A DNA stretch of 64,000 bases from Thermodesulfobacteriota bacterium (GTDB taxonomy: Bacteria; Desulfobacterota_D; UBA1144; Nemesobacterales; UBA2774), in the NCBI GenBank assembly GCA_040754335.1, contig JBFMCV010000006.1, positions 10,964 to 74,963 on the forward strand, written 5' to 3'. Position 1 is the first letter of the stretch. Every line of letters begins with the position of its first letter. The notes beneath the pieces were generated by a model. It was not told the origin of the DNA, did not search any database, and saw only the letters and a program-made list of their open reading frames with translations. This document shows, piece by piece, positions 8,994-18,031 of the stretch. A program made the position numbers and the translations under genes.

Positions 8994-11372
8994 CTATATG
9001 GATTTACCCAAATCGTCCTGTTTCAAGTTCTCGGCGGATTTTGCGGCTGCGAGCTTCTTCTTCTCCTCGTCTTCACCGTAATAATAATTGTAAGACTTGT
9101 AGTAGTAACTGTTCTGGTTGAGCTCAATTCCGTTGACGATAACGCCCAGGAAATTCGCCTTCAAGCTCCACAGCCTGTCTATGAGCTCCCTTATGGAATT
9201 CTTTGGTGTCTTGCCGGCTCTTACGACCACTGCTACGCCGTCGACCATGCTCGATATTATGTGCGAGTCGACGAAACCCAGTGCCGGCGGGCCGTCAACT
9301 ATTATATAGTCGTATTCACCTGTTAATGACTGAATCAACTCTCTCATGCGGTTAGAGCCCAGGAGCTCAGCGGGGTTGATGGGTAAAGGACCTACGGGTA
9401 GTACGTACAGATTGGGTATCTCCCCTTGTGATATAACATCGTTCAGATTCGAATTGCCGGTCAGATAGCTGCTGAGTCCGTTCCCGTTATTACCGAGAAC
9501 TGTTCCTATCCTCGGCCGCCTGAGGTCTGCCTCCAGCAGAAGTACTTTACTGCCGGCCTGCGCAAAGGAAGACGCGAGGTTAATAGACACCGTCGTTTTT
9601 CCTTCTGCGGGGAAGCAGCTGGTTATCAGGATTGTGCGCGGGGGCTTCCCGGGGGTCGAAAGTAAAAGGGATGTCCTTATGGTCCTGAACGATTCGGCGA
9701 TATGCGATCTTGGGTCGAGCAGGAACGATTTCTCTACCGGTGAGCCAAGACTGTCTGTCGGACTCGATTCGAATACCCCGCCGAGGACGGGCAGTCTCAG
9801 CTTGTCTCTTACCTCTTCGGAGGTCTTCACTGTATTGTCGAAAAACTCCATGACGAATGCCAGGAACACTCCACCGCCCAAGCCTATGATAAATGCGAAC
9901 AGAAGATTTAAAGTCACGTTGGGCTTAAACGGAATGACCGGTATCTGGGCGTAATCCACTATTTGAATATTGCTTGCCTTGATAGCTGAGGAAACTTCGG
10001 TTTCTTTAAGCCTTTGTAGAAGGGTGTTATATATGGTTTCGTTCGATTCGACCTCTCTCTTTAATATGTTGTACTGGATCGACTTGTCATTCAGCGCCGA
10101 GGCAAGCGTCTTTTGTTTCTGATAACTCTCCCTGAGAGTTTCTTCTTTCTTTAACGCCGCTTCATAATCCGACTTTATGGAAGAAGCCACACTGCTTTCG
10201 GCTTCATTGATTTTTCTTTGTAATTCCGCCACCCTGGCTCCGAGCTCTTTAACCTTCGGATAGCCCGATTTGAATGTAGCGCTTAACTGGCTGTACTCGG
10301 AGTTCGCTTTGGCGAGCTCTCCTTTGAGACCCAGTATATAGGGATCGCCTAAAACCATTGGCAGTGCTTCTATGTTGCCGTCCTGTACATGCTTATAGAG
10401 CGACTCCTTTTCCAGTCTCGTGGTTTCGGCCTTTGCCAGTGCGTCGTTCAGCTCCGAGAACGTATGATAGGTAATGTTCATCTTTTCGTCGAGAGAAACG
10501 ATGTCGTTTTTCTTGGCGAATTCGTTGAGTCTCTCCTCGGACTGTTCGAGGTTTGCCTGTGCCTGTTCGATCTGTTTTCTCAGGAAATCCCTGCCCTGCT
10601 TCGTAGCATCCAGCTTCCTGTTTAGTATCCACTCTATGAACGTATTGGCCAACGTATTTACGGCGTCAGCCGCGAATTTGCGGTCTTTCGATACGTAGCT
10701 CACCTCGACAAGGCGCGAATTCCCGACGGGTGCGATCTGAAGACCGCCGATGAAGGTGTTTATCACCGAGTCCTGCTTGCTCACTTCGGCGAGGGCCGCC
10801 GCCTCCGCGGGGGAAAGTGCAGGGCCTGTATTGGACGGCTTGACGATCATCTTCTTTATTCCGCCGATAGTGCTTCGTATCAGGCCCTTGACGCTCGACA
10901 CGGCTCTCGATACGATGTTAGGCTTGTTGTTTTTTGCCTCGAGCTCCAGCCTCTCGGCCAGGTTCAGCTTCTCGACAACCAGTTTCGCAAGGGATTGGCT
11001 TTTCAGGAGGAGGTACTGAGTTTCATAAAACTCTTCGGATTTCGTTTCGAGCTCGACGACCTGGTCAAAGTTTACGACTTTGGGGTTTTCAAGCGAGATT
11101 TCGAGCTTCGCCGTGGCCTTAAATTCAGGTTTCGTCATTAGTGTGGATATGAGGGTCGATATCAATACTATGGCGAAAAAGGCGATGATGATTTTCTTCC
11201 GCCTGAGCACGACTTCCAGATAGCGGTGAATCGGACTCTCTTCGTCAACCGGATAAGCCCTCAGTATATCGGGCGTATTCGGGTACGTACGCAGAGCCCT
11301 CTCCTCATTATCGGGTACAAGATTCCTCCCCTTGTTATCTCCAATCATATTATCCCTGTTGCCGTTTTCCAT
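8994..11372 (-). CDS. wzc: Polysaccharide co-polymerase / tyrosine autokinase (Wzc, PCP-2a BY-kinase).
   Basis: The protein is 792 aa. It has an N-terminal TM helix, a long coiled-coil periplasmic region, a second TM helix, and a cytoplasmic kinase domain with Walker A GKTTVSINLA and Walker B-like DYIIVDGPP. The C-terminal Tyr cluster is NSYYYKSYNYYYGEDEE. Confidence 0.85.
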   Translation of the reverse strand: MENGNRDNMIGDNKGRNLVPDNEERALRTYPNTPDILRAYPVDEESPIHRYLEVVLRRKKIIIAFFAIVLISTLISTLMTKPEFKATAKLEISLENPKVVNFDQVVELETKSEEFYETQYLLLKSQSLAKLVVEKLNLAERLELEAKNNKPNIVSRAVSSVKGLIRSTIGGIKKMIVKPSNTGPALSPAEAAALAEVSKQDSVINTFIGGLQIAPVGNSRLVEVSYVSKDRKFAADAVNTLANTFIEWILNRKLDATKQGRDFLRKQIEQAQANLEQSEERLNEFAKKNDIVSLDEKMNITYHTFSELNDALAKAETTRLEKESLYKHVQDGNIEALPMVLGDPYILGLKGELAKANSEYSQLSATFKSGYPKVKELGARVAELQRKINEAESSVASSIKSDYEAALKKEETLRESYQKQKTLASALNDKSIQYNILKREVESNETIYNTLLQRLKETEVSSAIKASNIQIVDYAQIPVIPFKPNVTLNLLFAFIIGLGGGVFLAFVMEFFDNTVKTSEEVRDKLRLPVLGGVFESSPTDSLGSPVEKSFLLDPRSHIAESFRTIRTSLLLSTPGKPPRTILITSCFPAEGKTTVSINLASSFAQAGSKVLLLEADLRRPRIGTVLGNNGNGLSSYLTGNSNLNDVISQGEIPNLYVLPVGPLPINPAELLGSNRMRELIQSLTGEYDYIIVDGPPALGFVDSHIISSMVDGVAVVVRAGKTPKNSIRELIDRLWSLKANFLGVIVNGIELNQNSYYYKSYNYYYGEDEEKKKLAAAKSAENLKQDDLGKSI

Positions 11373-11404
11373 TTTACGTTTTCTCTTCCTGATTCGTTTT
11401 GATG

Positions 11405-12421
11405 CTACTGAACGCCGACGCTGAACGGCGGGAAGAACAATCCCAGCCTGATAGTGTCGAAGAAGTTTCTTATGGCGTTTTTACCCACTACCACGACGTC
11501 CTGATCCTCTAAAACTATATCCGGGCTTTTTCCTTCCTTTATTTCATCCAGGTTTATTTCCGTGACCTGCATTTGTCCCTTCTTGTTTCTGATCAGGCTT
11601 ACGTCCGACTCCTCGGCAACTCTCGAGACTCCGCCGGCGGCGGTGATCGCCTGGCTTACCGTCATGTCGTCCTCTATGCGGAATGTCCCGGGATCGTTCA
11701 CGGCTCCATCCACATATACTACACCCGCTTCGGGTATGTATACAACGTCTCCCATATTTATAGGAATATTGAGATCGGATTTCCCTTCATCCAGAAGTTC
11801 GTTGAGGTCGATCTGTACCGATTTCTCCTGTCCCTGCTTGCTCTTGCGCGTAACGTATGCGATTTCACTTGCATCATCGTTCAATCCCCCCGCCAAAGCC
11901 AATGCGTCCAGCAGGTTACCCTTGCCGAGGAGCTCATAGGTGCCCGGGTTTTTCACGCTGCCTATAACGGCCACCCTCTGGCTCTTGAATTCCTTTATCG
12001 CGACAACGACATGCGGGTCGTGCATGTATTTTGCGGTCAGTTCTTCCTTGATACGTTCCTCCGCACCCTGGGCCGTAAGCCCTCCGACCTCCACCTTGCC
12101 GAGGAGAGGGAACGAAATAGTGTCTTGGGAATTCACCCTGGCTTCCGTGTTAAGCTCGGGGGCTTCTAACACCTCGACGCCGAGGAGGTCTCCCGGTCCG
12201 ATCAGGTAATCCGTCGCAACGTCCGAGCTGAAAGATTCCTGAATCAGTTTGCGGTTCAGCTCCTCTGTCTCGGGATTCACGTCCCTTTTTGCCTGGGGCA
12301 ATGTAACGGACTCTCCCGATTTGGATCCGCCGAAGCACCCGGTATGCATGATGCCGGCGAGCATCACTAATGCTATGCCCCACACGAAACGCTTGTTCAA
12401 ATTATACCCCTCCTGACCCAT
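11405..12421 (-). CDS. wza: Outer-membrane polysaccharide export lipoprotein (Wza family).
   Basis: The 338-aa protein has a lipoprotein signal (LAGIMHTGCFGG) and Poly_export / SLBB-type repeats (DYLIGPGDLLGVEV, PGTY). It sits immediately upstream of wzc. Confidence 0.85.
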   Translation of the reverse strand: MGQEGYNLNKRFVWGIALVMLAGIMHTGCFGGSKSGESVTLPQAKRDVNPETEELNRKLIQESFSSDVATDYLIGPGDLLGVEVLEAPELNTEARVNSQDTISFPLLGKVEVGGLTAQGAEERIKEELTAKYMHDPHVVVAIKEFKSQRVAVIGSVKNPGTYELLGKGNLLDALALAGGLNDDASEIAYVTRKSKQGQEKSVQIDLNELLDEGKSDLNIPINMGDVVYIPEAGVVYVDGAVNDPGTFRIEDDMTVSQAITAAGGVSRVAEESDVSLIRNKKGQMQVTEINLDEIKEGKSPDIVLEDQDVVVVGKNAIRNFFDTIRLGLFFPPFSVGVQ

Positions 12422-12504
12422 AAATTAATTATACACCCTCAATTTGAGCGAAGCATAATCTTTATAGTGAAATTGTTTACTTTGCGCGTTTGACCGTAAA
12501 TTTT

Positions 12505-13263
12505 CTATTCGGCCGACCTGAGAACGTTGCTGGCGTTTGGATCCTCAGAGTTGCCGCAGAGGGCACCGCAGACGGCTCCCGTAACCGCAGCCGCTCCAAC
12601 GGACGCCGGTATAAGCAGAGGAGCTGCAGCCGGAGAGCAGCACCCGGATTTGTTTTCGAACGAATCGTACGGGTTCTGCTTCTCGGGATTCGATGCAGCG
12701 TCTCCGGGTTCGAGTGTTTGAGTGGTCATATTGGTTTTGAAATCGGCGTATCCGTCGTACTGGACTGCTGATGTGATATTGTCGGTAACATTGGTTCTGC
12801 CGTCGACATATTGCGGCGATCCCGCTTTAATCGCGCTCTCGCTGGGAGGGATTGTATCCGCCTCAGGCGTATCTACGAGGAACCCCGCCTTCGGATTAAA
12901 GCAATAGCAGACCTCTCCCTTATCCCCCTGAGTAAGCAAAAGCCCGGTAAAACCGTCGCCGATTGATTGTACCTTAAAGATTGAATTGGGCTCTATTACG
13001 TATTTCCCGCCGTTGACGATCAGAGTCGCTTTTCCGTTGTCGAGGGTATCTATAATCATGTCCGGGTATATCGGGTAAGTCTCGTCCTTTAAAGTGACTT
13101 CGCTCCCGTCGATCAGGATAACCTTCACTTCATCGGATACCTTCATCGTTCCTAGCGATACCTGGGCATCGAGCGATGTCTGCGCAAAAACAGGGGATAT
13201 TGCTTGATAGCACAACAACAGCGCCGTTACAATCGTGAATGCGTTCTTTAAAGTTCGTGTCAT
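12505..13263 (-). CDS. Secreted hypothetical protein with a Cys-rich, Ala/Gly-rich C-terminus.
   Basis: The signal peptide is MTRTLKNAFTIVTALLLCYQAISPVFA-QTS. I chose the start at this internal Met rather than the longer ORF start. I see no recognisable catalytic motif. It is the first gene of the wza operon. Confidence 0.4.
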   Translation of the reverse strand: MTRTLKNAFTIVTALLLCYQAISPVFAQTSLDAQVSLGTMKVSDEVKVILIDGSEVTLKDETYPIYPDMIIDTLDNGKATLIVNGGKYVIEPNSIFKVQSIGDGFTGLLLTQGDKGEVCYCFNPKAGFLVDTPEADTIPPSESAIKAGSPQYVDGRTNVTDNITSAVQYDGYADFKTNMTTQTLEPGDAASNPEKQNPYDSFENKSGCCSPAAAPLLIPASVGAAAVTGAVCGALCGNSEDPNASNVLRSAE

Positions 13264-13478
13264 GTTGGTATACCCTCCTCTCCTAAATCTATAATATAGT
13301 ATAGGGATGGGGTTATGTACAGTCAACGAGACTTAAGTAGGTCTTTTGATAGGAAGAAAGTATGTATATGAACAAATCGATTCATACTTTAGTATGATAT
13401 TCGCTTAATACCGCTCATATCGGATCGTATTTTTGCTCGATATGCTGACGACCGGGATTGCTCTTAACGTGTTATCCC

Positions 13479-14765
13479 TTATATGAGCTTAAGCTCTTTT
13501 CTTAACTTCGCGACGTCGAAATAGGGCTCGCCGCGGAGGCCTGCGTGTTTGTAAATATTTTCGAGCTCGCTCAATACGATATCAAGTCCCTTCCTCCCTT
13601 CAGCCGTTTTCGCCGCCTCCCTGGGCGAGAGTCCGTTCAGCGACGGGTGCGGCCGGTCGACCCAGGATGCGTAGTATTCGTCGAGGCTCCTGTCAAGCTC
13701 CTTCCTGCTTTTAACCCCTGGGGGGAGCCTCTGCAATTTAGCTTTAGCCTTCTTGCTTTTCTCGGTATACGACTCCATCCCCTTCGTTTTGTCTTCGAAA
13801 TGCACTATAAGACCTTGAAGCTCCCTCTCGATCACTGATTTGGCTCTCTCGAGCATTTCGATGGAGTATGTCTCTATGCCGATTCTCTCGTCATCGACCT
13901 CGAGGGTGCCGGATATATTGCTCCTCCCGCCTATGTCCATGATAAATACCCTTATCTCGTCGCCGGGCCCGCTTATCTCTTTCAATAATTTGTTCTCGCC
14001 CAGCTTTTTGAGCGCCGCGTCTCTGTCGCTGACCTCATAAACCGCCGATGCAAGTACGAGGTCCTCCCCCTCGGGAGTGATGAAATGCGGGTTGCTCGCC
14101 AGGTCCTCGAGATAGCTCGAGATCTGAAATCCCAGGTCCCTGAGGTATCCCTTCTTATCGCCCCGGTCTCCGCGGGCTTTCCTGTATTCGTCGAACCCGC
14201 TCTCGAAGTGCTCGATTATTATATTCTTGAACGCTGCAGGGTAGGCCGATACGACACCCGAGAAATATGTATTGTCTCCGGCGCGCAGGGGTCTCGCCCC
14301 GATGATGTCGGATGTCTTCAGCTTCTTTGACGATGAGGAGTCATGGACCCTGAATTCTTCATTCAGGAACAGGTCCTTTATGTCGCAGTATTCCCCCGGC
14401 GCTACCTCGCCGACCTCGAAAAAGCTGAATACGCTGTCGAGCCATCCCTTGAGGATGGTTTCCTCCGCTTGGGTGAGCGCTGCGGTTTCATCATGACAGA
14501 ACCTCTCTATGACCCTTTCGCCCGTATCGAGGAGCCTGAAGTCATGGATGAACCAGTCGAAGAATTTCTCGAAAGTGAGGTCATCGATCTCCGAGTCCGT
14601 TATCTCGTCCGGGATGAAGTCGGGGTCGTCCTTCCATATGTAAAAGGCCTCCCCTATCTGGGACTGGATCTCCGGGCGCTCCGAGTACTCGACGAGCTTC
14701 ATGCGGAGATCGTTCTCTGCCTGGTCGTATTTATACTGCGCGATATTTATTACCTTGTCTTCCAT
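13479..14765 (-). CDS. Acidic hypothetical protein of 428 aa. The C-terminal ~50 aa resemble the Xre/MbcA/ParS-type (DUF2384) toxin-binding helical domain.
   Basis: The ORF is long and has no antisense competitor. The C-terminal sequence WVDRPHPSLNGLSPREAAKTAEGRKGLDIVLSELENI fits the W..P..LgG.sP.e...t..G...V..L pattern of that domain. The N-terminal 370 aa are unassigned. Confidence 0.5.
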   Translation of the reverse strand: MEDKVINIAQYKYDQAENDLRMKLVEYSERPEIQSQIGEAFYIWKDDPDFIPDEITDSEIDDLTFEKFFDWFIHDFRLLDTGERVIERFCHDETAALTQAEETILKGWLDSVFSFFEVGEVAPGEYCDIKDLFLNEEFRVHDSSSSKKLKTSDIIGARPLRAGDNTYFSGVVSAYPAAFKNIIIEHFESGFDEYRKARGDRGDKKGYLRDLGFQISSYLEDLASNPHFITPEGEDLVLASAVYEVSDRDAALKKLGENKLLKEISGPGDEIRVFIMDIGGRSNISGTLEVDDERIGIETYSIEMLERAKSVIERELQGLIVHFEDKTKGMESYTEKSKKAKAKLQRLPPGVKSRKELDRSLDEYYASWVDRPHPSLNGLSPREAAKTAEGRKGLDIVLSELENIYKHAGLRGEPYFDVAKLRKELKLI

Positions 14766-14906
14766 GTGAAGAAATTATATTTTCGCTCCCTGAGCTGTCA
14801 AACTGTCATACGCCCAGAGGGCCTGCCGCGCGTTTTTCTGTAGAGTGAAGTTCACGGCAATCTGTCGAGCCGCTTCTTAGCGCCCGGCGTATCCTGTAAC
14901 TGCGTA

Positions 14907-15371
14907 TCAGGAAATCCTCCCGAATTTGCTCGACAGGTACGCGCTCCTGTAATCGAATATCTCTCTCAGCTGCTTCTTGACCACGAGATCGTGGGCGATG
15001 CGTCCTAACGGCCCGAAGGGAAGCGCGTAGTGCACCAGGTCACGGACCCGGACGCCGCCCCTTATTTCCTCAAACGCATGCTCGTGGTGCCAGAGCCTGT
15101 ACGGGCCCATGCGCTGGTCGTCTACGAAGAACTCGGGCTCCCTCACCTGGGTTATCTCCGTAACCCAATCTACTGGGAAGCCGAAGAAGGGCGTAACTGT
15201 GTAGGTCAGCATGAGCCCCGGATATATCCTCTCGGGGGCCTCCGACTTCATCCTGAACCCGAGCCCGGGCGGCGTGATAAGCGGGAGGTTTCGAGGATTG
15301 GAAAAGAATTCCCAGGCCTCCATCAGGGTTACAGGGATGTCGAGATTTCTCTCCAATACGTGTAATTTCAT
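14907..15371 (-). CDS. SRPBCC (START/Bet v1-like, polyketide-cyclase-type) domain protein.
   Basis: The protein is 154 aa. The pattern ...YRLWHHEHAFEE..G..V.D.V.Y.LPFGPLG is typical of the Polyketide_cyc2 / SRPBCC fold. Confidence 0.5.
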   Translation of the reverse strand: MKLHVLERNLDIPVTLMEAWEFFSNPRNLPLITPPGLGFRMKSEAPERIYPGLMLTYTVTPFFGFPVDWVTEITQVREPEFFVDDQRMGPYRLWHHEHAFEEIRGGVRVRDLVHYALPFGPLGRIAHDLVVKKQLREIFDYRSAYLSSKFGRIS

Positions 15372-15578
15372 ACGGTTACGAAGTCCTGTTCCGCGGATGC
15401 TGACCGGCTCCGCCGCAGCTTTCGATTTTCGGGGTCGAAAGACCGAGCACTCGATGATTTAGTTTACCGGATGGGACAAGCAGCTCTTCATTATCCGCGG
15501 CCGACTCGGCGAATAATAACGCGGCCCGGACCGCTTACTTTTGATAAAGGACATTCCTATGTATAATCCTCTCTCATC

Positions 15579-16895
15579 GTGAAAATAATCGAAATAAATA
15601 ATCGCAATCTGGAGAAGGAATTAAAGGGCTTAAGGAGGGGTTCCTCCCTTTCCGATCCCGGCCTCGAAGACTCGACCAGGAAGATAGTAGAGGACGTCAG
15701 GAAAAACGGGGACAAGGCTCTCTTCAAGTATACGAAGAGGTTCGACAGGGTATCGCTCACCGGTAAAACGGTAAAGGTCTCGAGAAAAGAGTTCCGCGAA
15801 GCCCGCTCGGCGGTGCCTAAACGATTAATGGACGACCTCGTTAGGGCCGGGAAGCGCATCAGGGATTTTCACAGGCTCAAGCTCCCTTCCGAAATCACTT
15901 TCAGGGACACTCTCGGGAACGAGCTCGGCTGGGTGATACGGCCGATAGAGAGGGCGGGGTTGTACGTCCCCGGCGGAAAGGCGGCATACCCCTCTACCGT
16001 GCTCATGACGGCGATACCCGCGAAAGTAGCCGGCGTGAGCGAGCTCGCGCTCGTGACGCCATGCCCCGGCGGAGAGTTAAACCCGGCTGTTCTCGCCGCA
16101 GCCGAGATTGCTGGCGTCGACGCGGTATACAAAGTCGGAGGAGCCCAGGCTGTTGCTGCCCTCGCTTACGGTACCGTATCGGTCCCCAAGGTGGATAAGA
16201 TAGTCGGTCCCGGAAACATTTACGTAACCATCGCGAAGAAGCTCGTCTTCGGAGAGGTCGATATTGACATGATAGCCGGGCCGAGCGAAGTGCTCATAGT
16301 CGCCGACGGCAGCGCCCCCGCCGGATGGGTAGCGGCCGACCTGCTCGCCCAGGCGGAGCACGACGAAATGGCGGTTCCCATCGTCGTCACCGATTCCCGC
16401 GTTTACGCGAATGAAATCGAGGAAGAGGTCTCCCGGCAGCTCAAGAGGCTCAAGAGGAAGGCGATCGCCGGGGAATCTGTAAGGAAACAGGGCAGGATAT
16501 TCGTCACGGGAAACATGGAGCAGGCCGTGGGTCTTGCGAACGCGCTTGCGCCCGAGCACCTCGAGCTTTGCGTGAAAGAGCCCAAATCCGTGCTTAAAAA
16601 GATAAATCACGCGGGAGCGATATTCCTGGGCTCCATGTCGACCGAAGCTTTCGGAGATTATATAGCGGGTCCGAGCCACGTCCTGCCTACCGGAGGAGCG
16701 GCCAGGTTTTCATCCCCGCTCAGCGTTTTCGACTTCCTACGCATGCCGAGTATCATCTCCATCTCGAAGAAGGGTTTCGATTCGCTTTCCGCCTCCGTCA
16801 TGAACCTCGCCTACAGCGAAGAGCTCGAAGCCCACGCCCTCTCGGTGGCCGTAAGGCTCAACGGAAAGAAGTCGTCACGGAAGCCGGAATCGTAA
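15579..16895 (+). CDS. hisD: Histidinol dehydrogenase.
   Basis: The 438-aa protein (GTG start) has conserved blocks including YKVGGAQAVAALAYGT, IDMIAGPSEVLIVAD and LAQAEHD. Confidence 0.9.
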   Translation: MKIIEINNRNLEKELKGLRRGSSLSDPGLEDSTRKIVEDVRKNGDKALFKYTKRFDRVSLTGKTVKVSRKEFREARSAVPKRLMDDLVRAGKRIRDFHRLKLPSEITFRDTLGNELGWVIRPIERAGLYVPGGKAAYPSTVLMTAIPAKVAGVSELALVTPCPGGELNPAVLAAAEIAGVDAVYKVGGAQAVAALAYGTVSVPKVDKIVGPGNIYVTIAKKLVFGEVDIDMIAGPSEVLIVADGSAPAGWVAADLLAQAEHDEMAVPIVVTDSRVYANEIEEEVSRQLKRLKRKAIAGESVRKQGRIFVTGNMEQAVGLANALAPEHLELCVKEPKSVLKKINHAGAIFLGSMSTEAFGDYIAGPSHVLPTGGAARFSSPLSVFDFLRMPSIISISKKGFDSLSASVMNLAYSEELEAHALSVAVRLNGKKSSRKPES

Positions 16896-16927
16896 AAATA
16901 TGACATACGCATTCCCTGCCGCTAAAT

Positions 16928-18031
16928 ATGTCTGACAAAGTAAAGGAAAAGGGAAAGTCGAAGGGTAAGGGCCTTCTCGAATCAAGAGTCGGGGGAGAAA
17001 TCAGGAGCCTCACAGCTTATTCTGTACCCCGCTTCGAGGCCCGCATTAAGCTCGACGGAAACGAAAGCCCGTTTTCCCTCCCCGCCGAAGTAGGTAGAAA
17101 GGTAATCGATAAGCTGCGCTCGGTCGACGTAAACAGGTACCCCGACCCCGAGGCCCTGGAGCTGCGAAAGCTTATCGCGGGGATAAACGGTTTCCCCCCG
17201 GGCGGTATTCTCCTCGGCAACGGCTCTGACGAGCTCATAGGCATGCTCATTACCGCATTTTCTGGCGGCACGGGGAGCGTCCTCTATCCCACGCCGACGT
17301 TCTCCATGTACGGGATCACCGGGCTCGCGCTCGGGAAGGAGCTTCTCGAGGCCGAGCTCGACCGTGATTTCGATCTCGACATGGACAGAATCGCGTCTCT
17401 GATCGAGAAAAAAGACCCCGACATCATTTTTCTCGCCTCCCCCAATAACCCGACGGGCAATGCATATTCAGCAGGTAAGATAAGGGAAATAATAGGATTG
17501 TCGAAGGGCGTGGTCGTAGTCGACGAGGCGTACTCCGATTTCAGCGGCTATACGTTTTTGCCTTTAATCAAAAAGCACGAGAACCTCATAATACTCCGCA
17601 CCCTTTCCAAGGTCGGTTTCGCCGGACTCAGGCTCGGCATACTCTACGGGCGGGAGAGCCTCGTTCACGAGATAAACAAGGTCAGGTATCCCTACAACAT
17701 CAACTCACTCACTCAGGGAGCGGCCGAGGTCATACTCAGGAACCACGAATTCGTGAACGAGAACATACAGCTCATCGTGAGGGAGAGGGAGAGGGTATTC
17801 AACGCCCTTTCCGGGATGACCGGGGTCGATGCATATCCGAGCGACGCCAATTTTATTCTTTTCAGGGTGAGGGACGCGGACTCGGTCTTCAAGGCCCTTC
17901 ACGGGCGGGACGTGCTCATAAGAAATTTCAACAGGCCGGGCAGGCTCGAGAACTGCATGCGGGTAACGATCGGCACTCCGTTTGAAAATGACTCATTCCT
18001 CGACGCCCTCGGCGCTATTCTTTCGTCTTAG
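16928..18031 (+). CDS. hisC: Histidinol-phosphate aminotransferase.
   Basis: The 367-aa protein has the class-II aminotransferase motifs NPNNPTG and the PLP-Lys region TLSKVGFAGLRLG. It lies directly downstream of hisD. Confidence 0.9.
   Translation: MSDKVKEKGKSKGKGLLESRVGGEIRSLTAYSVPRFEARIKLDGNESPFSLPAEVGRKVIDKLRSVDVNRYPDPEALELRKLIAGINGFPPGGILLGNGSDELIGMLITAFSGGTGSVLYPTPTFSMYGITGLALGKELLEAELDRDFDLDMDRIASLIEKKDPDIIFLASPNNPTGNAYSAGKIREIIGLSKGVVVVDEAYSDFSGYTFLPLIKKHENLIILRTLSKVGFAGLRLGILYGRESLVHEINKVRYPYNINSLTQGAAEVILRNHEFVNENIQLIVRERERVFNALSGMTGVDAYPSDANFILFRVRDADSVFKALHGRDVLIRNFNRPGRLENCMRVTIGTPFENDSFLDALGAILSS

Noticed and set aside
12505-13326. Possible PEP-CTERM/exosortase sorting signal at the C-terminus of the secreted protein heading the wza operon.
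   Set aside because: The C-terminus is Ala/Gly/Cys-rich but lacks the PEP motif and the terminal Arg-rich cluster. No exosortase gene is in the window.
15541-15567. TTGATA-15-TATAAT promoter-like hexamers just upstream of hisD.
   Set aside because: They would place the transcription start only ~5-10 nt before the GTG start, with no RBS. The 15-nt spacing is also suboptimal. I am not confident enough to list it as a feature.
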